A stretch of 64,000 nt of DNA from positions 13,067,263 through 13,131,262 of the forward strand of contig NC_134028.1 in assembly GCF_964204645.1 (NCBI RefSeq), written 5' to 3'. The notes under the pieces are model-generated. The model did not search any database and was not told the origin of the DNA. It saw nothing but the letters and a program-made list of their open reading frames with translations. Positions 1-12,789 of the stretch are shown here, in pieces. Every line of letters begins with the position of its first letter. Position 1 is the first letter of the stretch. The translations under genes were made by a program, and so were the position numbers. The stretch comes from Tubulanus polymorphus. Lineage: Eukaryota; Animalia; Nemertea.

Positions 1-570
1 CAAACCTTCGGTTTGGTCCCCTTACCTCTATCTCTAAATCTAACCCTTCTCCTACTACCAAATTCTAACCCTAAACTATCCCTAACCCTAACACTTCTTC
101 ATACCCTTAAAACTAGCTGTCATGCCTATTCATTTTTATTAAATTTGTGCGCAAGCAATGATGTCATCGGCGACCTTGAAATCGCGCGAGGTGTAGGTCG
201 TGTTATCACCCGAACCGGAAGGTAAGATATTCGTCCTGGAACTAAAAATAACCACGATACCGCCGGTTCACGTGAACACCTGCTCATCTCTGCAGCTAAG
301 CCAATCACAGAGGAGTCTTTGCTTTCTGATTGGCTTTTTAAAACAGATATTGTTGCGTTCAGATTTTTGCAAAAATAGCTCATATAAATTTCAACGAGGC
401 CCTTTTTCAAAATTCAGCTTCATAGGGGTTGGAGAATGGATAATGCTCTAGTGAATGATTTGTATGAATATATGCTCAGTTGCACAGTCACAGAGCCTCA
501 GCTCTGGAAACCATGTCATTTAACCTGCTCCATTTGTATAGTAATAGGCTCAGCTTAGGGCTGGCCTAAA
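1..570. repeat. Interspersed repeat (related copy ~40340-40657) with degenerate CCCTAA-like motifs at left and a terminal hairpin
   Basis: 256-568 aligns by eye to 40345-40657 (gataccg..ggttcac.tgaaca..aggagtctttgctttctgattggc..gtaataggctcagc..ggctggccta). Confidence 0.75.
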
Positions 571-981
571 AATCTTCACTTTCACTCAAGTGAAAAATAA
601 ATAATGCAGACATATATCCATGCACGGTCGGCCAACATACAGAGAAAACATCGTTAGTATACATATGCCTTTAACGAAAATGACCGCATTTAAAAATCGA
701 TCGGGAAATGCTTTTATGGCCATACCAATCTCATCCTCCATCGACAGGGATTTGAACCTGATGGCATCGAGATTGCCACCGTACGAAACCCTGCCACACT
801 AGACGGTGTGTGCAAATACACGTGCAGCTTGGATAACGTAATTATTAGCCAATCAGAAATCCTGTTATATTTTAGCCCCGTTTTTCCCATTTATAGTCCT
901 TCCGTGAAATTTACCTCAGCAATTACACAACGAGCAATCTGATTGGTGTGCACCGCGTCTAGTGTGGCAGGGGCTGGTGCT

Positions 982-1025
982 GTGGCTGAGTGTAGCGATG
1001 CTATCAGGTTCGAATCTCTGCCTGG
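982..1025 (+). repeat. Possible degenerate tRNA-derived SINE head
   Basis: A-box-like gtggctgagtg followed by B-box-like ggttcgaatc; spacing short, no cloverleaf. Confidence 0.25.
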
Positions 1026-1520
1026 GGAGGATGTACCATTCATGTCATTCCTTAAGATGCTGGTAAACCAGTCATCATCCTCACCCCCTATTTTTTCAAC
1101 GGATTTGCATTGCTCTGAGAAATGATTAAAATTGATTGAAAAGGCGGAAATCTGCCGATCAGCGGAAATTTATCATCCATGGTAGAATGGGGAAAATTCA
1201 TTGAAATTTTGCACATTTCCTCACAATACTTCTAAATAGCTTAGAGCTGATGGACGGAACTTGCCATATCAATTCCAACACTTACCTCCCTCATAATGAC
1301 AAAATATCAACTGTGCACTATTCAGTAGTAACAATTTGTGCCACCAAGAGCTAACAGAAAGTTGAGATCATTCTATAAGGATCAACATGATTGATGAATT
1401 GACGGATGGCCACGGAAAGGTGGAAGGAAAATAATAATAATCACAGAGAGACAAGGGGGTCTACTTTGAAGGGAGCAGAAAACCTAAATAAACACGAGTA
1501 CTGAAAATTATAATACTTAC

Positions 1521-1592
1521 AGCAGAATCACGCAATTTATCATATAATGTTTCTAATTTTCTGCAAACGTCTTCTAACTTTCTCTTAAGATG
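1521..1592 (-). CDS. SEC31: SEC31 exon, C-terminal helical domain: HLKRKLEDVCRKLETLYDKLRDSA
   Basis: ttttgtag acceptor, gtaagt donor, 72 bp, phase 0-0; matches the SEC31A-type KRKLDD..KRLE.LYDKLR motif. Confidence 0.92.
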
Positions 1593-1806
1593 CTACAAAA
1601 TAGGAATTGAATCAGGCATTGAAACAAACTTTTATCGTGAACAACAATGTCCTAATACCTTATTACTACATGAGCTTTATATTAGGGGGTACTATGGTCA
1701 GCCTGTAGTATTTCAGGGATCCCAGAGGGCCTTCAGCAAATCTGCGGAAATTTCGGAAGTTACAAAAAGCTAAGAATAAGAAAATAGAACAAGTCAGTAT
1801 CATGGC

Positions 1807-1952
1807 AATAAGTGTATAATTATGTTTTCACACCAAAGGTCAAAAGGTCGAGCTCACAAAATAAAAATAAATTCTCACCGGCTCGAATTTATTTTCATTT
1901 TATTCACTAAACCTTTCAACCTTTGATTTGAATCCATAATTATACACTTATT
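1807..1952. repeat. Inverted repeat/hairpin at the left edge of the AT-rich viral-like segment
   Basis: aataagtgtataattatg (1807-1824) vs cataattatacacttatt (1935-1952), perfect 18 bp, with imperfect inner arm caaaggtcaaaagg / cctttcaacctttg. Confidence 0.75.
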
Positions 1953-2397
1953 CTAATATTTATATAATTTTAATTCTTATAATTTTAAAATAGATAATGA
2001 AGTATATATATAAAAATATTAAAATTAATATTAACATACAAAAAATAAATATTATTATAAATTATAAATATATTATCTAGTGAAGAGTGGGAAGAGAAAG
2101 AAACCAAGAATTCTTAAAGAATCTTAGACATCTCTTCCCTCCCCTCTCTCTATATATAAATGGTTTTAAAAAAATTATAAATATAAATTGTTAATCTATG
2201 TATAAGTAAATTAAAATTATTAATATTTAGAATCTATTTTCATTTTTTATCAAGTAAAACATATAATTTATCAATTATTATATATTTCAATTTTTAATTC
2301 TTTATCTTCCCTCTCTTCTCTCTATATATAAATGGTTTTCATGATTATTTCAATAATGATTAATCCATCTATATTTTCTTATGTATTAAAATATAAT

Positions 2398-3617
2398 CAG
2401 GGTTCATAGCCTCCAGGCCCAACTTAATTCAAGTACTTTCAAGGACCTATTTCAACAAAATTCAAGTACTATTTTCTGAAATATACCATATAAACACTAC
2501 TATTTAAGGCGAATTTATTGCAATGAAAATTCCTTAAATTGCAGAAATTTAAAAGAAGTACAAACGCAAATCATCATAAAGAAACATCCACGCGTAGCAG
2601 AGTACTTGATAACTTTGGAATCTTTCAGCTTTATTTTAAGAAAGATTTTCTACATGCATCAGAAATTAATAACTTTAAAACAAGAAATCTGTGGGCCTTT
2701 CAACGGAACTACAGGTAGACCTCGCCATCAAAAAGCTATACTATCGAAAGCAAAAATAACAAAATTATACAAAATTAAATTACAGCTCATCTACCTATTT
2801 ACAATCGATTAATTTCCTCCTTTTGAGTTTCGATGGCTGAAATTAGCTCTTTAGAGCCGCTTCTCCCATCGAAGATATGTTAATGGTTTTGGCGCATATC
2901 TTGCACCTAGCTTCTAGTGAAATTGGTCTGCGTTGAATCCAACTTTTGTATGATTCATGCACCAACCAGGAGTCAGAGAAATTGCACTTTCCCATACTGG
3001 CCTATCTAATTTTGAATGCAACAAATTTCGATGACCGGGTTAAACGTCTAAATGATAACAGCTTAACGCTTAATCATGATCAGCTCGAGATACCCTGACA
3101 TAAAAAATCACTTTTCGATAGTTAATGCTCCAAAGATCGTCAAAATCAAGAACAGTCTTTATATTAATTTGAGGTCATTATTTACTACCAATAATCTATT
3201 TAGAATTATTTTGAAGTATTTTTTGTTTATTTCATCACAACGGCATTTGTATATACGCGGCGCGCGATAGCGGTAGTGCCGCCACGTGTCTACTAATAGA
3301 TTTGTATACGCATTGTCAGCAGTGAGCCACGTGCCTAATACATTTGTACTGTATATATACACAAGTCAGCAGTGCATACGTGTCTATAGCATGCTGACAG
3401 TACAGAGTCACAGCACTCTCACACGTGGTTGGCAGTGCGTGGGCGTATTGAAGTCAATACAACAAACTAATTGACAAAATTTGGACAACATTAAAAATTC
3501 AAGGACTTCTAATGATTTTTACTGAAATTTTGAAAATTCAAGCATTTTCAAGGCCTTGAAAACGCATTTTGTGATTCAAGCACTATTAAGCACTTTCCAG
3601 GATCGCTACGAACCCTG
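2398..3617. mobile_element. Non-autonomous hAT-like element with 5-bp TSD (hAT5-type)
   Basis: Termini cagggttcatagc / gctacgaaccctg; flanking ATAAT duplicated; subterminal ttcaag repeats. Confidence 0.7.
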
Positions 3618-3649
3618 ATAATATATGTTTAATAAAAAATGTTTAATAA

Positions 3650-5186
3650 ATGGAGAGTAAACAATCAAAAAATAATATTAACTTTATCAAAAGGATAAAA
3701 GATATAACAGCTCCTAAATAAATTGCCCATGGGCAGTGTGGTTTACCTTGAAAGTTAGAGGTTGTTTGGAGTAAGGGCATTGCTTGAAAAATCTTTTTAA
3801 TTCATGACTTCAAAGCTCTAGAAGTTGATATTGTATTTTATCTTTCTTAAAGAATTATTTCTTAGTCAAATAAGACCAAAGATAAACATTTGTTTATGAT
3901 CTACGTCCAAAATATCGTAGGGTACAGGTAGGCGCGGCATTGGAAACTATTTTATATTTTCAAAAAATATTTTTCACTATATGAAAAAATATTCAAATAA
4001 AATTCATGATGTCACATATCAGAGGGTGGCTGAATATTGAGTCTTGGAAATGAAACCTCTTCCAATGTATGGCCGCGGAAGCTAAAACACCGGGGCGTAG
4101 TATTAGATTCTTTTAAATCCTGGAATTTACCACTACAATATTCAGACCTCGACCAATACCTATAGTTTTCTGCTTATTTTCAGGTCACAAGAAATTACAA
4201 TTTATTACAAATTCTATCAAACAGAAAACACAGCGCTCATCTTCTGCTACGACGATTATTCAGCCTGTTATCATACCAAACGCGCATGCGCCAAGCAGCG
4301 TTACAGCATCACCATATAGTAGTGTGTATAAGCGTGTGTTTGTGTGTGCAACAGTCTAATGTTATAGCGCTCCCGCGCACACGAGGAGGCCTTGTGTAGT
4401 GAATGTTCGCTTCACTTTGATCTCTATCAACACAATCACCGGGTATTAAAACGAAACAATACCTATGGCAATATGTGAAATAATTATATTCTCACCAGCA
4501 ATGAGCATTTTAGATTCGCACATATACGGCACCTAGTCCAATGAAACGTTCGCCATTAATGGCTGTCCAGTAATTATTTTAGTAGCGCCGGAATTCCCCG
4601 TATATCCCAAAAACAGCCAATCCCATTCGCTCGTAGAGACGACGCCCCCCAATCGAGGTCATTGCAATTTTATACGCAAGAGCTAAGAATTTTCACGACA
4701 AAAACAGTTTTTCGTTGAATTTTAACAAAGTTGACCATGTCATCGACAGAGGTTCGTCATGTCTTCAATCGCATTGATTATACGTCGTTTAACCTGAGAA
4801 CCAATGAAAAAAAATGCTCACATAAAAAAACGTACCACGATTTTACATGAATTGGCTTGATGCCAAGCTCATACTGCTGACAAAGTTAAACCAAAAAGTA
4901 GATTATAAATATAAGGAATTAATTGAATTAACATTAAATACAAAAAAGTTAATAACAGATATTGAAATTATTACGACAAAATATGGAAATAAATTTGTAG
5001 CACATTTAGAATATAAAGGTTTAAGAAATAATCATAAATTTAGAACATATTTACCGGATAGATTACATAGATTATCAATTGAAGATATAGTTGATTTAAA
5101 ATCTTGAATATCTATATTTAATTTATCAAGGTAAAGATGAAAAGGACATCATGTTATAGATTTTGAATTAAAAATGTGTAAAATAA
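3650..5186 (+). pseudogene. Small viral-type ORF split by a HINE (3650-3718 + 4898-5186): MESKQ..ITAPK|VDYKY..TKYGNKFVAHLE..YLPDR..LYLIYQGK
   Basis: Frame rejoins after removing 3716-4897; the TKYG..LP.R pattern resembles small, possibly OB-fold proteins of invertebrate DNA viruses/Polintons (from memory); stop and frameshift near the 3' end. Confidence 0.5.
3716..4897 (-). mobile_element. Helentron-type non-autonomous element (HINE), family 2, short form lacking the internal MITE
   Basis: On minus strand: T-run + ggtttaac/cctttg 5' subTIR, caaggtaaacc 3' subTIR, palindrome tgcccatgggca, T-rich end, no TSD; four copies in window. Confidence 0.75.
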
Positions 5187-5892
5187 ATGGACGAATTTAG
5201 ATCATACGTTGATTCGAGAAAACTCTCAAATCGTTAATCTCATAATTTACTAATACAATTAGATAGAGAATTTATTAAATTGTGTTGATTTAAAATAAGT
5301 AAATATTGGTTTATGTAATTCTTTTCATAATATATCGAATAAAACTCTTGAACATTTAACTTTTTCAATTTTTTATAGAAAAATTAAAAAATGGTTTAAA
5401 AAAATGGTTTATTTCTAAAACCAGGATATAATTTCAAGAGTGAAGATAAATTTGGAATTAGATTTATTATAAGTGATATCAATAATAAAATAAAAATTAG
5501 GTTAACTATAAACAACATAAATTTATGGTAAAAAAAACCATTCGCTAAAATTTTAGGAATTACACCAAATAAACTTTATTCAATTGTTGATTCTACATCA
5601 AATTTAATACCTTTTACACATTTTTATATTTATTGTAATTAAATTGATCCTATAAAAATATTAGAAGCAAATAAAAGTTCAATTTTAATTCTAGTATATT
5701 AGATATTTTACCATTAAAAATGTAAAACAATTTGGAACACAAATAAACTGTAATTTAGCTGAATGTGATTTAAACCTTGTATTCCACAATTTAATAGTTT
5801 TAAAATTGGAAGTAAGAAATCATAATGGATATTTAATTGATTAAAATAATTTTCCTGTAATTTATGAAATAGTTATAAAATGTAATGAGTAA
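5187..5892 (+). pseudogene. Minor capsid (penton-like) protein remnant of a Polinton/adintovirus-like element
   Basis: Manual translation: ..NLIPFTHFYIYCN*IDP..SSILDILPL..LKLEVRNHNGYLID*NNFPVIYEIVIK; resembles the Y(I/V)YC..I and L.VRD.NG..IDFN..P C-terminal motifs of Polinton pentons; multiple stops/frameshifts. Confidence 0.55.
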
Positions 5893-6005
5893 ATTTTTAT
5901 AATATAAATATGAATATAACTGTTGGACCGAGTATTTGTTTTGGATTTGATTTTAAACATGAAAAAGAAATGAAATTTGATATTAATGATGTAATAACTC
6001 ATATC

Positions 6006-7760
6006 AATAAATTGCCCATGGGTAAAATGTGGTTTACCTTGAAAGCTAGAGGTTGTTTGGAGCAAGGGCATTGCTTGAAAAATCTTTTTAATTCGTGACT
6101 TCAAAGTTCCACAAGTTTATATTGTATTTTATCTTTCTTAAAGAATTATTTTGTAGTCAAATAAGACCAAAGATATACATTTGGTTACGGTCCACGTCCA
6201 AAAGTTTGTAGGGTACAGGTAGGCGTGGCAGGGAAATTATTTTATATTTTCCAAAAAAATATGTTTCACAATATGAAAAAAATATTCAAATAAGGCAATC
6301 CCAAAATAATTGTCTGTATGCCGTAACACCGACTCAACTTTTCAGGATGAGTCGGTAGGTAAGAAAAAATTTTTTTGCTAAATTTTTGGGCAAAAAAAAC
6401 AAATTTATCCCCTTTTTACATGGAAACAATATCGCAAAAATCATCTACGTTGTGCACGGGAAATTTGTCTGATAGCGTAGATTTCGAGAATTATTCTAAA
6501 ATTATAACTTTGTCCAGAGCGTCATCTCTGTGTTAAAAATGAAACAGTACATTGAATACGTGCGCGGTTTTACGTTACCAGCTTTGATATAGTCACTTTG
6601 AGAATGAATGGCAGCTTATTGGAACACTGCCAGTTTCCTGGAAAACTTAAATTAGGCCACATTGACAAGGCATGTTTTCACACGATGCACAGTTGAATTC
6701 AAACATATATAATACATAGCTCATACGTAGGCAGTGGGTCGGTCGGCCGTTTATATCAAAAATAAAATTTATTTCAATGAATCCCAGAAAAAAATTTTCA
6801 CTCGGTACCTTTGAAGTCGGGTCGGTCGGGTTACGGCAAACAGACCATTAATATGGGATGGCCTATTCATTATGATGTCACATATCAGAGGGTGGCTGAA
6901 TATTGGGTCATGGAAACCTCTTCCAATGTTGGCCGCGGAAGTTAAAATACCGGTACAGAAGAAATCGGTTATTAGATCATTCTAAATCCTGGAATTTACG
7001 ACTACAATATTCAGACCTCGACCTATACTTTTAGTTTGCTGCTTAATATTTTCAGGTCACAAGAAATTACAATTTATTACAAATTCTATCAAACAGAAAA
7101 CACAGCGCTCATTTTCTGCGCCGCTACGATTATTCAGCCTATTTTTATGTCAAACGCGCACGCGTTACAGCATCACCTTGAATAGTGTACTGTACGAGCT
7201 TGTGTGTGTCGTGTAGCACTCTGCGCGCACAGGTGGAGGCCTCGTGTAAGTGAATGTTCGCTTACACGTCAATGTCAATCAAAACAATCACCGGGTATTA
7301 AAATGAAACAATACCTATAGCGGATGTGTGAAATAATTACATCCTCACCAGCAATGAGCATTTAAAATTCGCACGTATACGGCACCTAGTCCAATGAAAC
7401 GTCATGTATATCCAGCCATTCCATGGCTTCCCATAATTATCTTAGTAGCACTGGAATTTCCTGTATATCCCAAAAACAGCCAATCCCATTCGCTCGTAGA
7501 GACGACGCCCCCCAATCGAGGTCATTGCAATTTTATACGCGAGAGCTAAGAATATTCCCGCCAAAAACAGTTTTTCGAAGAATTTTAACTCAGTTGACCA
7601 TGTACATCGACAGAGGTTCGCCATGTCTTCAATCGCATTGATTTTACGTTGTTTAAGCCGAGAACCAATGAAACAAATGCTCACATAAAAAACCGTACCG
7701 CGATTTTACATGAATTGGCTCATTGCCAACCTCATATCGCTGACAAAGGTAAACCTAAAA
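6006..7760 (-). mobile_element. HINE family 2, long form
   Basis: Near-identical to 33653-35408; same subTIR/palindrome ends as 3716-4897. Confidence 0.8.
6294..6863. mobile_element. PIF/Harbinger-type MITE nested in HINE family 2
   Basis: TIR ggc(a/c)atccca..tgggatggcc; absent from the short copy (empty site attcaaataaaattcat at 3991). Confidence 0.75.
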
Positions 7761-8466
7761 TACTACATTTTTTTAATGAAACAACATTTGATTTATGAAA
7801 CAACAATAAATAAAGAGACTTATAATGTAGAAAAAATAAGTGATTTAATTCGAAATTCTTTAAAATCTTATGAATTAGATGAAGATTTTATTATTGATGA
7901 TATCAAAAATATTATAAAGAAATATATGGAAATGAAACTAATAATATTATAAATGTTGAAATTACAATAACTAAAATAACAAAATATTTTGAAGATGATA
8001 ATTTTTTGATAAATAAATGGATCAAAAGTAAATAATAAATGGATTATATAATGGAGCATTTTTATAAGTTGGAACTGTTGGATATACGACGTTGTTAAAA
8101 AAAGTATGCAAAATAAAAAATATTAATGTTGATAGATTTGATATAAATAATATTTTAAAATTGACATTAGCAGTTACTTTATCTAATTTAACAATTGATT
8201 ATTTAGGAAAACAGAAATACATTCCTCCAATTGATGCGTAATTTTTTTGTCAAATAAATGGCATCTGCAATCATAACTATTATAGGATCGGCAATTGTTA
8301 CCGGGAAAAATCGTTAAAATTTTTATCGTGAAAAATTACATCTATATAAACCTAAATTATCGGATTATTATACACTGAGTTATAAACAACAAAAATAAGA
8401 AATTATTTGTATTTTAGGTGGAACAGTTGTTGTGATATTTATTGCTTATAAATTTTCATTAAATAA

Positions 8467-8916
8467 ATGGAAGATAAAATTGATGGTGTTTATATTATTC
8501 CTCATGATATAAATAATTCCAAATTAAAATCATTTTTAGAAAAACAGATATTAGAATTTGAAATAGATATATAAGAAAAAAAGAAAATATATTAAAAAAG
8601 TGAAATTATATATTATTTTACTATTAGTGGATCCGTTACAATTAATTCTGTAATAACATTTTTAGCAATATTCAGTCCATTAACACATTTAGCTATATGA
8701 ATTGGCATTTTAGGTTTAAATTCAAGTGTTTTAACCGGAATATGTTCAAAATTAAACATAAAAAGTAATAAAGAAAAAATTTAATCTAAAATAAAAGAAA
8801 TTAATAAATCAAATAATACATGAGATTATATAATTATTTTAAATGGATATATTACTACTAAAGAACAAGATAAATTATCAAAAGAATTAATTATTAGTTT
8901 TTTTATTATATAAATG
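8467..8916 (+). pseudogene. Viral-like membrane protein remnant (hydrophobic centre flanked by charged helices)
   Basis: TAAATG start; MEDKIDGV..YFTISGSVTINSVITFLAIFSPLTHLAI*IGILGLNSSVLTGICSKL; several stops. Confidence 0.4.
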
Positions 8917-9394
8917 GTAGATAATTTATGATAAATTAATTAGATATAATATGCCAGCAATAGATTTCAACAAAAATATTTCATATAAAGATTTAGTTTT
9001 AAATTCATTAATCAATTTATATATTTATGTTACTGAAACTAATAATTTCAATGTTAAAATGGAAAATATAATTCATATATATTTAATTAATTTAAAAAAA
9101 TTATAAGATGAAAAACTATGGTTATTAAAATCTAATATGAAATATTGGCAGAATCAATCAAATTTTGCAGTTTATTGTGCAAAAACAGGATGTCAAATTA
9201 GTTGGAATGATCATTTGAATAATACTAAAAATAAATTCATTCAAAGTTTATTTAGATTTCATACATATTTTCAAATAAGAATTATATTAAATGAATTGGA
9301 ATGTCCTTAACCGGGTTCAAAATATTTCAAAGAATTAGATAATAATATTAATCTATCAAAGTTTTATTTAATTTGTAATGAATTTAATATAAAT

Positions 9395-10350
9395 ACAAAC
9401 GCCCCAAGGGGCACTATGTCAGTTGTCAGCTTTTCATTAAATGGCAAATGATGCATTCTGTGGGTTAAATTTGTCCATATACACTCCCAGTTCAGACTAG
9501 TCAATCCCAGGCTAATAATCCAAATTTCGCGAATTTCGAGTAACATGCGATGAAATTATTCAGCATAAATATGAAACTAAATTCTTGGAACATTTCATCA
9601 ACCAAACATAATGCTTATGGATTTAAATCTAAACAATTTTAACTGTGTGCCACTCAATGCAACCTTTAATTCATTCTATGTTATTTGCTATGTTTTATTT
9701 TGATTTGCAATATCTCTATTAGTTATTGTGTATTTTCAGTTACAAACAAATTAATTGTTCTTGCTATGTAACTCGCATTTGTATTAGCCAACTGAGGTCT
9801 GTCTCATCACCTCAGGTTAACACAAACAGTCAAACTTTACGTATGCGCGTATCACTTAATAACTAGCTGTATTTCTAATTATCTTATACATTCAAATACT
9901 CTTAGAATTAAACTGTCGACTTTATTCTAGATAAAGATTAACGATCTACACATTTAAGATTAATCTGATCATATATATTTAATCATTATATTCAAACAAT
10001 TCATGACTTATTCAAAATCAAAATCTCAGTTCATCTTTGTCGCCATACTATCTAATTTATTTTTAGTTTGCGGGAGCAAATTTCTCGGCAGCAAAGGGGT
10101 ATATTATAGTGTAAATTTCATATTTTCTTTGTGTACAGTTTGTAGCTACATGTTGCCTGTGAATTATTAATTACCCTGTCATTTATATGTCTCTGTCCTG
10201 CTCAAACTGTTCTATCTGTCGCACCTATGAAAAACATGTCATGTCTCGTCACCCGACAACCATTGTTAGTTTTGCACTCATCAATTAATCTTGTATGTAT
10301 ATATAAATATAAATATATAATAGCCGAATATGTAACAATTAATCTTGTAC

Positions 10351-10428
<78 letters not shown>

Positions 10429-10927
10429 CCGAATATGTAACAGTGAGTTAGTTATGTCTTAGCTACAAGCAAGCATACACCGCTTGGAGTTCCAAGTTGG
10501 AAATAGTCTACGATACGCAATTTAGAGCAACTCTTCTTGTCTCTCTGGACTTTCCAAACCTGTCAAAGGTTTCAGATGATAACGACTGAAGCTTATAAAC
10601 GCACCGCGACAATTCGTATAATACTTGAACAAGAAAACTTTAACTAGGCCATGCGCAACGCGCGCTTTTCATATACATGCACAGATCAATATATCACATA
10701 GCAGCGAGTCTGTAATGAGCACTTTTGTTCCAACAACAAATAAATAACTAAATTGATAAATAAGCAATGGATTCCAATGAAATCATATAGGGTTAGAGCT
10801 TTTATTACTGCATATAAAGTTTTAAAAGTTCTGAAGAGAAACTAAGCCTCGTTTGGACGTTATTTTGTACCAAAGAGAAAGTTTCATATGCGATAACAAA
10901 ATGGACTTTGCTGAAGCCAAAGTCCAT
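9395..10927 (-). mobile_element. HINE-like insertion with terminal hairpins
   Basis: gccccaaggggc hairpin at one end (also at 39776) and atggactttg..caaagtccat hairpin at the other; 10640-10920 resembles 61370-61690; removal restores the viral ORF. Confidence 0.65.
10352..10426. repeat. (TA)n microsatellite
   Basis: Pure TA run within a short local duplication (aattaatcttgta..tagccgaatatgtaaca). Confidence 0.97.
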
Positions 10928-12789
10928 AAAAATATAGATTTAAAAAACATAAAATTTCAATCAATTACCAAAATATTATGAAAATATAAAACAAGAAAAC
11001 AATCATGGTTGGATTCATTTCATTTTAGAAAATAGTGAAGGTTTTACAAAATGTATAAAAAGGTATACAAAGAATAAATCAATCTATTAGAATTTATTTA
11101 ATTTGCATTTTAGGATCACAAGTTGAAACAAGATCACCGATAATTGCAAATGTAAATACTTCATGCGATACACAGAGACAATTTAAAGTTTTATTTGAAG
11201 ATTCAATTCATAATGATAAAAATAGATCAATTCCAGAAAATATTGTAAGATATCAAAATTATTTAGATAAATCTCATGTAAGATTGAATTATTGTATAGG
11301 TCCAAAGTTCTTAATCATTTCTGATGATTTAATATCAAATATGGGAAATATAATTAGGGTTTTCTGTTATTTCACAGAAAACCCTATTGATATCCGCGTG
11401 ATTATTAGGGTTTTCTGTTATTTCACAGAAAACCCTATTGATATCCGCGTGATTATTATTATTATTATTTTCTTCCACACTATTTTTACCAAAAGAACAT
11501 AGGCTTTGTTACCTTACCGCTGTTTCATATACAATCCATATAATATCGTTCAGCTCACTGAGATCTACAAATAGCCCGCGTGTTTTTTCACGAATCATCG
11601 TTACAAAAGCGCTGTCGGGCTGTAAACTTCGAAAATTTAGCCCCATTCAATGGGGCGACATGTTTTTCGAGTCGTCATCCCGAAATCAACCCGCAGGCCG
11701 ACTGTCACTTCGATTATCAATTCAAGTATAAATAAACTAATTTATTGTCGCAGACTTCAAATTCAGTCGCGGTCTTCAAACAGTGATTTTAACAATAGCC
11801 TATTTTCCTCATCAAATCATATTACCGATACACTGGAAGTTTACTACTTTAGATTTTAAAAGCACTGTCGAGCCGTAAACATCGACGAATCGACGTGTGT
11901 TACTACATCGTCGTTCCGGGGATCAGCTGCGAGTTTCTCTTCATCATGAGAATCAAATCGAGTAAAAATTAATTTATTACTACCAGTGATTTGGCTGCGG
12001 GTTTCAAGGAGTTAGTATAACAATACCTATTTTTCTTTACCGAATTAACCATGTATCTACTAAGATAAATCTTTAGTGAACCGGGGAATCGTAGGCCTAA
12101 ACTAAACACGCCGAAGAGATATAGCGGAGAAAAGCTGTTATGTCGACGAGGTATCAAAATAAAAGAATATATTACTTTATTCGGCCGCGGGCTTCAACCT
12201 CTATATCAATACAATCAATACTATATATTTCCTACAGTACATACCGATCATTGTCAAATGCACAAGGTATTTACTAAATACAAGTATATAACACACTCCT
12301 ATCCGTATGCTGGACTCACACTTGACATTCGGAGTAAGCGTTCGCTGTGGGGGAAAGGGATCGTTCCCTGTGTCGCTTGAAGTGTGTATCGAGTTTGACG
12401 CGGCTTTAGGCCTACCGATACTGAGCTTTACGGTATCAAACAAACACAGTACAATTGTTGCGTTTATTAACGGACTCATTGGAATGAACTTCAAAACAAA
12501 ATTTACGATATTTAGGTGGGTTGTTAAATTCAATAGGCCTACGACCAATCTGTCCGGAGGTTAGGCCTACACATATACATAGGCCTACACAGGCTAGTAG
12601 CCTCTACTAGGTTAAGCGTTCGCTGTGGGGGAAAGGAGATCGTTCGCTGTGTCGCTTGAAGTGTTTATCGAGTTTTACGCGACCTAAAGGCTTTAGTATG
12701 GTGGCTGATAAGGGCCATGCGTAAAAAAAACACGTATATGCAAATGAGGGCGACATTATGACAAAACTAAAATAACGTGACAAAACAAT

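Larger units (their letters stand above)
5910..7952 (+). pseudogene. Viral-like hypothetical ORF split by a HINE (5910-6005 + 7758-7952)
   Basis: ..DVITHI|KYYIFLMK.. rejoins in frame; its TAA stop is directly followed by the ATG of the next ORF (TAAATG 7950-7955). Confidence 0.5.

Noticed and set aside
20-110. CCCTAA-like motifs as a telomere
   Set aside because: Few, degenerate and internal to an interspersed repeat
982-1025. tRNA gene
   Set aside because: Only A/B-box-like words with too short a spacing; no cloverleaf
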